The notes: generated from the letters alone by a model not told the origin. A DNA stretch of 64,000 nucleotides from a bacterium (GCA_965216635.1 OZ244188.1:1536001-1600000), one strand, 5' to 3'; counted from the first letter of the stretch, positions 40,010 to 48,480 are shown. Program-made: numbers and translations.

Positions 40010-40266
40010 CATCCGTCCCAAAAATCACACCAAAAGAACAAAAACTTTTCATTCAACTCGTAGATAAAAATCTACCAGCCAAAGCAAAAGACAGCACCAC
40101 AAAAACCCCAATAGACAAACCACCCCAAACAAAACCAGCCAGATAAAACCAGCCAGATAAAACCAGTCAGATAAAACCAGCCAGATAAAAACAAATTGAC
40201 AAACTCACCTACCAGCTATACAATCTCACAAAAGAAGAAATAAAAATCATAGAAAACCCAAAATGA
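40010..40266 (+). pseudogene. Remnant of a type IIG R-M 3' end, copy 2, with an internal 14-bp repeat (AAAACCAGCCAGAT x~4)
   Basis: SVPKITPKEQK...QIDKLTYQLYNLTKEEIKIIENPK*. Confidence 0.8.
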
Positions 40267-40322
40267 CAAAATTCGCACAGAGTTGTATAACATTAAGTAA
40301 CAAAATTAAAGAGATGTAAATT

Positions 40323-40541
40323 ATGCCAACTAATAGAGTTGTATATAAATATAATCTAAAAAAAGGTAATAAAATCGTTCATACTGGTATCACTAAAGAT
40401 TTAGAACGTCGTGAGTATGAGCATCAGCGAGAGAGTGAAAAAAAAGTTCACATTAAACAGGTCGGCAACCGCACCACCCGTGAAGCTGCTCTGCAATGGG
40501 AAGCAGAACAAAGACAAAAAGGCAAACCTACTGGTCCATAA
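40323..40541 (+). CDS. Minimal GIY-YIG nuclease-like protein
   Basis: VVYKY...VHTGITKDLERREYEH...REAALQWE; ATGACA-17-TATAAC promoter-like sequence at 40263-40291. Confidence 0.7.
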   Translation: MPTNRVVYKYNLKKGNKIVHTGITKDLERREYEHQRESEKKVHIKQVGNRTTREAALQWEAEQRQKGKPTGP

Positions 40542-40544
40542 AAA

Positions 40545-40575
40545 TAGGCTAAGCAGCTGGTTGCTACTTAGCCTA
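40545..40575 (+). terminator. Hairpin after the GIY-YIG gene
   Basis: TAGGCTAAG...CTTAGCCTA inverted repeat; no clear U-tract. Confidence 0.45.
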
Positions 40576-40690
40576 GCTATATTGCTATAGTCTTAAAGCC
40601 TGATGATACCAGAGCAAGAACATTGTTTTTATACATAATAAATTTTTTTTTTGTCAACAAATTATTTCACAACCCCCAACCTAAAAAACA

Positions 40691-42076
40691 ATGAGTAAAG
40701 AAGCAGAAGCAGAAAAATATTTTGATAATGGTTCGGCAAAATATAAAAAAGGAGATTTAAAAGGAGCTATTGCAGATTTTAACAAAGCCATAGAACTAGA
40801 CCCAAAAAACGCAAACACCTACAACAACCGAGGCAACGCAAAATATGAACTTAAACAATACGACGAAGCTATCAAAGATTACGACAAAGCCATAGAATTA
40901 AACCCAGATTTTGCATTAGCTTACTATAACCGAGGCGCCGCAAAATATGATCTTAAGCAATACGGCGAAGCTATTAAGGATTACGGCAAAGCCATAAAAC
41001 TAAATCCAAAATTTGCAAAAGCCTACTATAGCCGAGGACTTGTAAAAGCTGTTCTCAAACAACACAAAGAAGCTATTGCAGATTACGACAAATCCATAGA
41101 GCTAGACCCAAAAGATGCACGCGCCTACATGAACCGAGGCAACGCAAAATATGAACTCACAGAATACATGGAAGCTATTGACGATTTTGACAAAGCCATA
41201 GGAATAAACCCAAAATATGCAAAAGCCTATTACAACCGAGGATTAGCAAAAGATGAAGTAAATCTTTATGAGGAAGCTATATGGGATTACGATGAAGTCA
41301 TAAAACTAGATCCCAAAAATATAAAAGCCTATATGCACCGAGGCTATGCAAAAGAAAGCGGGAGAGAATTTGCAAATACTTTATATGAAGACTCTATAGA
41401 GGATTATACTTCAGTTTTAAAACTAGACCCAAAAAATGCAGAAGCCTACTACAACCTAGGCCGTGTTTACCGAGAATTAGGAAACGAAGAAAAAGCACTA
41501 AAAAATTTTAAAAAAGCACAAGAACTAGACCCTACTTTAATTTTCCAAGAAGAAACTAAAAAAGCCAAAAAAGAAGTCCGAGAAGAAATAAAAGAAGAAA
41601 TCAAAGAGCAAGCAGAAGGAACTAGAAAAACTCAAGAATTTCAAAAAACACTAGAAGATCTAAAAAAAAAATTAATAATATCCGAGTATCTATGGCTAGG
41701 ATTTTCTATACTTACAGTTGTGATAACTGCTATAATTTTTATATTGCCTTTTTTTGAAAATTCGTTGCCTGAATTTACAATACCTGAAAAATTTCTAGCG
41801 GGTTATTTTCTTTTTCCTTTCTTGTCTATCGTTAGTTTTACGGTGTTGAGAATTTATACCAACACCAGAAAACACAGACTAGAAACAGAAAACCGTTTGG
41901 CTATGGCGAAAATGTTAGCCCGCATAGAAAACAAAGATAAAATTGAACCTCACTACCAAGAGCATTTTCTTCCAGAGCTAGCAAAAATAATTATCAACCC
42001 GCTTTACCCTGAAAGAAGTAAAAAAACAGACGCCACAAACCTATCCAATATTATAAAAAACCTTTCCCAAAAATAA
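40691..42076 (+). CDS. 8x TPR array + coiled coil + 2 TM + conserved C-terminal domain (paralog of 35421-36755)
   Basis: TPR consensus; C-terminal ~95 aa nearly identical to the 35421 gene. Confidence 0.85.
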   Translation: MSKEAEAEKYFDNGSAKYKKGDLKGAIADFNKAIELDPKNANTYNNRGNAKYELKQYDEAIKDYDKAIELNPDFALAYYNRGAAKYDLKQYGEAIKDYGKAIKLNPKFAKAYYSRGLVKAVLKQHKEAIADYDKSIELDPKDARAYMNRGNAKYELTEYMEAIDDFDKAIGINPKYAKAYYNRGLAKDEVNLYEEAIWDYDEVIKLDPKNIKAYMHRGYAKESGREFANTLYEDSIEDYTSVLKLDPKNAEAYYNLGRVYRELGNEEKALKNFKKAQELDPTLIFQEETKKAKKEVREEIKEEIKEQAEGTRKTQEFQKTLEDLKKKLIISEYLWLGFSILTVVITAIIFILPFFENSLPEFTIPEKFLAGYFLFPFLSIVSFTVLRIYTNTRKHRLETENRLAMAKMLARIENKDKIEPHYQEHFLPELAKIIINPLYPERSKKTDATNLSNIIKNLSQK

Positions 42077-42093
42077 AAAAATAAATTCATACA

Positions 42094-43077
42094 ATGGACA
42101 AAAAAAAAGTAGTCCTCTCAGGTATTAGACCTACTGGCAGTCTACATTTAGGAAATTACTTTGGAGCGATCGCTCAATTTTTAGAATTACAAAAAACGGG
42201 AGCAAACTGCTATTATTTTGTTGCTGATTTACACGCCTTAACAAGTATTCAAAAAAAAGAGCTTCTTCAAAAAAACACCCTAGAAGTCGTAAAAAGCTAC
42301 ATAGCTTGCGGTATAAATACAGAAAAAGCCTTGATCTACAAACAAAGTGATATCTTAGAAATTCCTTACCTTACTACTATTCTTTCTGCAATTACTCCAG
42401 AAGGATTACTGAGAAGATGCACAACCTTTAAAGACAAAGCCGCCAAAGAAGAAATCGTATCACTTGGACTTCTATCCTATCCTGTATTGATGGCTGCCGA
42501 TATTTTGATTGTAAGCAGTAGCATAGTTCCAGTAGGAGAAGACCAACTACAGCACCTAGAAATTACCAGAGATATAGCCCAAAAATTCAACCATCTTTTT
42601 GGAGAAACCTTTATCATTCCTAAAGCCCAAGTAATGAAATCTATCCGTGTGCCTAGTCTGGACGGGAGCGGAAAAATGGGTAAATCCGATGGTAATAGCA
42701 TTGGTCTACTAGATAGCGCTGAGACTATCTTAAAAAAAGTAATGTCGGCAAAAACAGATTTAGGTCCTGAAAAAGGTAAAGAAATGTCCGAGACTATGAA
42801 AAACTTCTATGCAATCTTAAAACTTTGTAGCAGTGAGGAAACTTACCAAGAATACCTAAACAAGTATAACAAAGGTGAGCAAAAATTTTACGCCCAAATG
42901 AAAAAAAAACTCGCAGAAGATATTATACAACTCACAGCTCCTATCAAAGAAAAATATTATTCTAGCGAATGCGCAGACGATAAAATCATCCAACTTTTGG
43001 CAGATAATGCAAAAAAAGTGCGTCAAGCAAGCAAAGATTTGCTTGCTAAAGTACAAGAAAAGGTAGGCGTTGTTTAA
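42094..43077 (+). CDS. trpS: Tryptophan--tRNA ligase
   Basis: SGIRPTGSLHLGNYFGA, YPVLMAADIL, VPVGEDQLQHLE, KMGKS. Confidence 0.96.
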   Translation: MDKKKVVLSGIRPTGSLHLGNYFGAIAQFLELQKTGANCYYFVADLHALTSIQKKELLQKNTLEVVKSYIACGINTEKALIYKQSDILEIPYLTTILSAITPEGLLRRCTTFKDKAAKEEIVSLGLLSYPVLMAADILIVSSSIVPVGEDQLQHLEITRDIAQKFNHLFGETFIIPKAQVMKSIRVPSLDGSGKMGKSDGNSIGLLDSAETILKKVMSAKTDLGPEKGKEMSETMKNFYAILKLCSSEETYQEYLNKYNKGEQKFYAQMKKKLAEDIIQLTAPIKEKYYSSECADDKIIQLLADNAKKVRQASKDLLAKVQEKVGVV

Positions 43078-43089
43078 AAGTTATAATTT

Positions 43090-44013
43090 ATGAAAGCCAA
43101 TCTTAAAAAAATTCCATCTAGTGATACTACACTATCTCTCAACAAAATTGTTTGTGATGATGCAGTAGTTTCATTAAAAGAAATCCAAGAAGAAAATTTT
43201 TTTGATTTAGTTATTGCAGACCCTCCTTACAATATAGGAAAAGATTTTGGTAATACCAAAGACTACCGTGAGTTGCCAGATTATTTGCATTGGTGCGACG
43301 AATGGATTGCTGAATGTCTACGACTGGCGAAAGCGACAGCCCCAATCTTTATTTATGGATTTCCAGAAATTTTAGCCCATATAGCAGTGCGTTATCCTTT
43401 AGAAAAACAAAAATGGTTAGTTTGGCACTATACCAATAAAGCTGTTCCTTCTTTGAAATTTTGGCAAAGGAGCCACGAATCTATTCTTTGTATTTGGAAA
43501 GAAAAAAAACCGCAGTTAAGAGTAGACGCTATTCGAGAAAATTACACCGAATCTTTTCTTAAAAATGCAGCGGGTAAGGTGCGTAAAGAAACCTATTGTC
43601 GCTATAGCACTAAAGGAAAAAAAACGATTTACCAAGCCCATCCTAATGGGGCTTTGCCTAGGGATGTTTTGAAAATTCCCGCTTTGGCTGGAGGAGCTGG
43701 CTATTCTGAGAGATGGTTTTTTTGTAAAGACTGTAATCGTCTTTGTTTTCCTAATGAAACAGAATCTCACTTAACGCATAACACTATCAAGCACCCAACA
43801 CAAAAACCAGCTAATCTGACAAAAAAACTTATCGCGTCAGCTACCGATTCCAAAGGATGCCTATTAGTTCCATTTGCTGGCTCTGGTTCTGAATGCGTAG
43901 TCGCTCAAGAAATGGAAGTCAATTTTTTTGCTACAGAAATCAATCCAGACTATGTATTACTAGCCAATAGTTGGTTGAAAAAAACAGAAAAGAAAACAGA
44001 AACTTTGTTTTAG
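43090..44013 (+). CDS. Beta-class N6/N4 DNA methyltransferase
   Basis: IADPPYN precedes HPTQKP and PFAGSGS; CxxC insert (CKDC). Confidence 0.9.
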   Translation: MKANLKKIPSSDTTLSLNKIVCDDAVVSLKEIQEENFFDLVIADPPYNIGKDFGNTKDYRELPDYLHWCDEWIAECLRLAKATAPIFIYGFPEILAHIAVRYPLEKQKWLVWHYTNKAVPSLKFWQRSHESILCIWKEKKPQLRVDAIRENYTESFLKNAAGKVRKETYCRYSTKGKKTIYQAHPNGALPRDVLKIPALAGGAGYSERWFFCKDCNRLCFPNETESHLTHNTIKHPTQKPANLTKKLIASATDSKGCLLVPFAGSGSECVVAQEMEVNFFATEINPDYVLLANSWLKKTEKKTETLF

Positions 44014-44026
44014 AAAATTACTAAAA

Positions 44027-44704
44027 ATGACTTCAAGAGAAAAATTTAACCAATTCTTACTTACTATTGATTTGGCTAGGTATAGAGAAAAATACAGGCA
44101 TATAAAACTAGTTGAACTCAATTTACCAAAAAATATTCAAGCTATTTGCCACCTTTACCAAGAATATTGGAAAAGAAGAAAAAATTTTCCTTCTTTTGAA
44201 AAATTTTATGAGATTTACTCACAAGATTTGAGCAATGAGCTAGAAGCATTTAGAAAAAAGACTATGTTTAGTGTAGAAACATTTTATAGAGGTCTGCCCG
44301 CCAGAATCTATAGAACTTGGGCGTCATTACTAACACAAATTCAAGGGGGTTATGCTGCTGAAGAAATCTATGGAAATCAAAATGTAATAATGAGTGCTGA
44401 ACTAGATTATCAAGGAATAGATATGAAATTCATTCATAAAAAAGAAGAAGTAAATATTCAAATCAAAAAAGAATCTATGAGTAAAGAAATCAGAGCACCT
44501 TGGCAACACATAAAGAAAAACAATAAAATTATCAATATCACTTATGAAATACCAATTAGTAGTCCTAAAAAAAAGAATGGAGAACCAAGAAAACCCTTTA
44601 CTGATTGGCAAGAAAAATGGGATGGTAAATTAGAAAGACTTAATAATGGATTTATTATTTTCAAACCTCAAATGTTTTCTCCTGAATATATTACCATACC
44701 ATAA
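44027..44704 (+). CDS. Type II restriction endonuclease, TaqI-family-like
   Basis: Adjacent to the MTase; IKLVELNLP, GLPARIYRTWASLLTQI, ELDYQGID...NIQIKK; TCGA appears scarce in the window. Confidence 0.65.
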   Translation: MTSREKFNQFLLTIDLARYREKYRHIKLVELNLPKNIQAICHLYQEYWKRRKNFPSFEKFYEIYSQDLSNELEAFRKKTMFSVETFYRGLPARIYRTWASLLTQIQGGYAAEEIYGNQNVIMSAELDYQGIDMKFIHKKEEVNIQIKKESMSKEIRAPWQHIKKNNKIINITYEIPISSPKKKNGEPRKPFTDWQEKWDGKLERLNNGFIIFKPQMFSPEYITIP

Positions 44705-44738
44705 AATTTCGAGAAACCTTTGATATTCTCTCTACAAT

Positions 44739-45719
44739 ATGAAATTCATTGATTCAGCAAAAGTATTTTTAAAATCTGGAGGTGGTGGCAATGGTTGTTT
44801 ATCCTATTATTATAGAGGCAAAAAGAGATTGCCTTCTGGAGGAAACGGGGGTGTAGGAGGTAGCATCTATCTACAAGGCACTCCTAGTTTGAATAACCTG
44901 ACTTACTTAAGATATCATCCTCATCAAAAGGCTGGAAATGGTTTGCACGGTAAAGGAAAAAATCAAAATGGAAGATCAGGAATAGATAAAATCATAGAAG
45001 TGCCACTTGGCACTTTATTATTAGACGAACAAACCACAGAGGAAATTTGCGAAACTCTAACTCCAGAAAAAATTCTTATTCTCAAAGGTAGCGATGGAGG
45101 CGTAGGCAACCAAAATTTTAAAACAGGAAAACCTATCAATGAAGAAATTCTGCAAGGAAAATCAGGCGTAGAAAAAACCTTTCTTTTAGAGTTGAAAATT
45201 ATGGCAGATGTAGGTTTAGTAGGCTTACCTAATGCAGGAAAATCTACTTTTTTAAGTAAAATATCCAATCAAACTCCAAAAATCGCAGACTATCCCTTTA
45301 CAACTCTTTTTCCTCAACTAGGAGTAGTTCGTTTAGCCGACTACAAAAGTTTTGTAGTAGCCGATATACCCGGCTTAATAGAAGGAGCTCACGATGGAAA
45401 AGGGCTAGGGTATAGATTCTTAAAACATATCCAACGCACCAAATTTTTATTTTTTTTAATAGACGGTAGTGATGAAAAGTTTTCCGTCAAACAAAGTTTT
45501 CTTTTACTTAAAAAAGAATTGGCTCTGTTTTCTGAAGCATTATTAAAAAAAAATTTTGTTGTTTTGCTAAACAAACAAGATAAAATCAAAAAATCTAGTA
45601 TTTTAGAAAAAGAAAAAGAATATTTTCAAAAGAATAATATCAAGGTATATTGGATTTCAGGTTTGAATGGGTACGGGATTGAAGAATTTCTCAATGAGGT
45701 CAAAAAATGTCTGATATAA
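44739..45719 (+). CDS. obgE: GTPase Obg/CgtA
   Basis: MKFID, Gly-rich Obg fold, ADVGLVGLPNAGKST, YPFTTL, DIPGLIEGA. Confidence 0.95.
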   Translation: MKFIDSAKVFLKSGGGGNGCLSYYYRGKKRLPSGGNGGVGGSIYLQGTPSLNNLTYLRYHPHQKAGNGLHGKGKNQNGRSGIDKIIEVPLGTLLLDEQTTEEICETLTPEKILILKGSDGGVGNQNFKTGKPINEEILQGKSGVEKTFLLELKIMADVGLVGLPNAGKSTFLSKISNQTPKIADYPFTTLFPQLGVVRLADYKSFVVADIPGLIEGAHDGKGLGYRFLKHIQRTKFLFFLIDGSDEKFSVKQSFLLLKKELALFSEALLKKNFVVLLNKQDKIKKSSILEKEKEYFQKNNIKVYWISGLNGYGIEEFLNEVKKCLI

Positions 45720-46033
45720 CTGATTTAATAAAATTCAAAATAGGTGACAAAGATTTTAGTTTTAAACTAGAAGAAAACGAACAAACAAAAGAAAAAATTT
45801 TATCTATTATCAATCAAGTGGCTGATTTTACTCAAGTAGGCGAAAAAAAATTTTTAAACTCACACGACTACGCTTACATAATTTTTGCTTTAGCGGTTAA
45901 TCTAGCAAGAAAAACAGAATCTCGCAGCACAGAAACGGAAAACAAACCAGAAAAATTAGAAAAAGAAGCAGAAATTGTAGCGGAAATAGAAAAACTTATT
46001 GCAAAAATTTCTAAATTAGCAGAACCTTCTTAA
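45707..46033 (+). CDS. ZapA-like cell division protein (divergent)
   Basis: N-terminal beta pair IKFKIGDKDFSF, ALAVNLA helix, coiled-coil tail; followed by a 6S-like RNA, as is common for zapA. Confidence 0.5.
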   Translation: MSDITDLIKFKIGDKDFSFKLEENEQTKEKILSIINQVADFTQVGEKKFLNSHDYAYIIFALAVNLARKTESRSTETENKPEKLEKEAEIVAEIEKLIAKISKLAEPS

Positions 46034-46034
46034 A

Positions 46035-46192
46035 GGTCTGCTTTGTTACTATCTAGATATTAAATAAAGAACTATAAAAGCGGTTCTTGTTTCCTGTGTG
46101 CATGCCTTACTTATTTTTTAAGTTTAGGAAGCCTGACGGTAATATACTGCTTTACCTTTTTTAAAAAAGGTCTTTGTATGACGAAGTGGACT
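46035..46192 (+). ncRNA. ssrS: Probable 6S RNA
   Basis: Closing stem GGTCTGCTTTGT (46035-46046) pairs fully, with G-U, with ACGAAGTGGACT (46181-46192); apical GTGTGCATGCC...GGAAGCCTGA motif; lies after a zapA-like gene. Confidence 0.65.
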
Positions 46193-46201
46193 CCTCCCAA
46201 A

Positions 46202-47953
46202 ATGAAAAAAAAAAAAACTGCAGAAAATATAAAACACTGGGCAGAATCCCCTGATTTTAATTCCACCACAAGAGCAGAAATTCAAAAACTCCTCAAAAAA
46301 GAAGATAAAGAAGAACTAGAGAGCAGATTTTCTCAAGAATTGGATTTTGGAACAGGTGGAATCAGGGCAGTAATGGCGGCTGGCACAAATAGGATTAATC
46401 TTTATACTGTAAGAAAAATCAGCATTGGCTTTGCAAAATATGTCTTATCTCTCCCCCAGAACCAAAAAAACAAATCTATCGCCATTGCATACGACAATAG
46501 AGCCTTTTCTGTAGAATTTGCCAAAGAAGTAGCCAGAACATTTGCAAATTTCAAAATTCAAGTATGGCTCTTTAAAGAACTCGCCCCCACTCCCTTACTT
46601 TCTTTTGCAATCCGTTTTTTAAAAACAACCGCTGGAGTAGTTATTACCGCAAGCCATAATCCTCCTCAATACAACGGCTACAAAATTTATAACGAAAGCG
46701 GAGCTCAAGTTAGCTCCCCCGAAGACCTAGAAATTAAAAAATTTATAGATAGTGTAAAAGACTACACTTCTTTCAAACTAAAAAGTTTTGCTGAGCTACT
46801 AGAAAAAAAAAAAATACAATGGATGCCTCAAAAAGTAAGCGATGCCTATTTTCGACTTTTAGAAGAAATCTGCATTGGAGATAAAACAAAAAACTCCCAC
46901 TTAAACCTAATCTATAGCCCTTTGTATGGAGCAGGCAAATTGTCTGTAACCCAGATTATGAAAAAAAGAAATTTTCAAAAATTTCACTTGTGCAAATCCC
47001 AAAGTTCTCCCGATACAAATTTCGGAGGATTGAAAAAACCTAACCCCGAAGAAAGAGAAACCTTCGGGGGAGCTATACTTGAGGCTATACCCGAAGACGA
47101 GTTAATTTTTGCTACTGATCCAGATGCAGATAGAATTGGTATTTTATGTAAAAAAGAAAATCAGTGGCACACAATCAATGGAAATCAAATAGGACAGCTT
47201 TTGCTTTATTATTATCTTAAAACCCTAAAAGAAAAAAACAAATTACCTAAAAAAGGAGTAGTGATTAGCACCGTAGTCACTTCCCCCCTACAAAAAAAAA
47301 TAGCCGAGTCTTTTGGAATGAAAGTCTATGAAACTCTGACAGGTTTTAAAAATATAGCATCGGTTATGAGACAAATAGATCTTTCGGATTTAGGAGAAGT
47401 ATTTGTTTTTGGCTGCGAAGAAAGTCATGGTTATCTATTAAGCTCGGAAATAAGAGACAAGGATGGAATAATGGCAGCAGTTTTTTTTGCAGAAATGACA
47501 GCCGAATTAAAAGCAGAAAACAAAACTCCCTTAGATTTACTAGAGGAAATTTATCAAAAATACGGCTACTGTAAAGATAGCTTGGCAGACTATTCTTTTG
47601 AAGGAATACAAGGAAAAAAAAAAATTATTGCCATTATGGAGCAATTCAAGAAATCATTTTTTAATGAAGGTATGCAAATCAGTAAAGCTATAGATTACAA
47701 AAATTCTTGTATTTTAGAGTCTAATATTTCAGCTAAGGGCAAAAACATCCTTATCAAAGACACGACACTACCCATAGCTCATATTTTTGCTTTTCACTTA
47801 AAAGAAGGCAGTAGGATCACCGCTCGCCCCTCTGGTACAGAGCCTAAAATTAAATTTTATCTCAACTTAACAGGACAAAATAAAGAGACTGTAAATAAAT
47901 TAGAAACGGCTATTCTTAAAAAAATAGAGTTGTTGGTCCACTCCGTAAAATGA
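46202..47953 (+). CDS. Phosphoglucomutase/phosphomannomutase
   Basis: FGTGGIR, ITASHNP, DPDADR, EESHG, RPSGTEPKIK; start moved to 46202, downstream of the 6S RNA. Confidence 0.93.
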   Translation: MKKKKTAENIKHWAESPDFNSTTRAEIQKLLKKEDKEELESRFSQELDFGTGGIRAVMAAGTNRINLYTVRKISIGFAKYVLSLPQNQKNKSIAIAYDNRAFSVEFAKEVARTFANFKIQVWLFKELAPTPLLSFAIRFLKTTAGVVITASHNPPQYNGYKIYNESGAQVSSPEDLEIKKFIDSVKDYTSFKLKSFAELLEKKKIQWMPQKVSDAYFRLLEEICIGDKTKNSHLNLIYSPLYGAGKLSVTQIMKKRNFQKFHLCKSQSSPDTNFGGLKKPNPEERETFGGAILEAIPEDELIFATDPDADRIGILCKKENQWHTINGNQIGQLLLYYYLKTLKEKNKLPKKGVVISTVVTSPLQKKIAESFGMKVYETLTGFKNIASVMRQIDLSDLGEVFVFGCEESHGYLLSSEIRDKDGIMAAVFFAEMTAELKAENKTPLDLLEEIYQKYGYCKDSLADYSFEGIQGKKKIIAIMEQFKKSFFNEGMQISKAIDYKNSCILESNISAKGKNILIKDTTLPIAHIFAFHLKEGSRITARPSGTEPKIKFYLNLTGQNKETVNKLETAILKKIELLVHSVK

Positions 47954-48411
47954 GGTTAGTAATACAAAGAGTAAGTCAAGCCAGTCTAACTGTAGAAGAC
48001 AAATGCATCGCTAGAATCGGAGAAGGTTTATTAGTACTAGTAGGTTTTCACAAAGAAGATAAAGAAAGTATACTAGATAAAATGCTCCAAAAATTCGCTA
48101 ATATTCATTATTTTGGAGACACACAAAATAAAACTGTAGCATCTATTTCCGATAAATCTGCAGAAATTTTATTAGTCTCCCAATTTACTCTTTTTGCCGA
48201 TGTGAAAAAAGGCAGAAATCCAAGTTGGCATAAAGCAGCAAAACCGAAAGATGCAAAACTGCTTTATAATAACTTTTACAAAAAAGTAGCAACAGCTTTT
48301 CCTCAAAAAGTATCACAAGGTTTGTTTGGAGCCTATACAAAAATCCATCTGGTATGTGAAGGACCCCTAACTTTAATCTTGGATTCTCGAGAAATTTTTC
48401 CCTCGGTCTAA
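47950..48411 (+). CDS. dtd: D-aminoacyl-tRNA deacylase
   Basis: MRLVIQRV, VSQFTL, KGRNPS, EGPLT. Confidence 0.93.
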   Translation: MRLVIQRVSQASLTVEDKCIARIGEGLLVLVGFHKEDKESILDKMLQKFANIHYFGDTQNKTVASISDKSAEILLVSQFTLFADVKKGRNPSWHKAAKPKDAKLLYNNFYKKVATAFPQKVSQGLFGAYTKIHLVCEGPLTLILDSREIFPSV

Positions 48412-48480
48412 AAAAGCATTTCCCTCGGTCTAAAAAAGCATTTTCCTCGGTCTAAAAAAGCATTTCCCTCGGTCTAAAAT
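48400..48480. repeat. Tandem repeat, 22-bp unit CCCTCGGTCTAAAAAAGCATTT (~3.7 copies), spanning the dtd stop
   Basis: Directly visible. Confidence 0.95.

Noticed and set aside
27765..41530. TPR 102-bp periodicity as a CRISPR array or DGR target
   Set aside because: The units are in-frame coding repeats without unique spacers. There are no cas or reverse transcriptase genes in the window, and differences between units do not appear adenine-specific.
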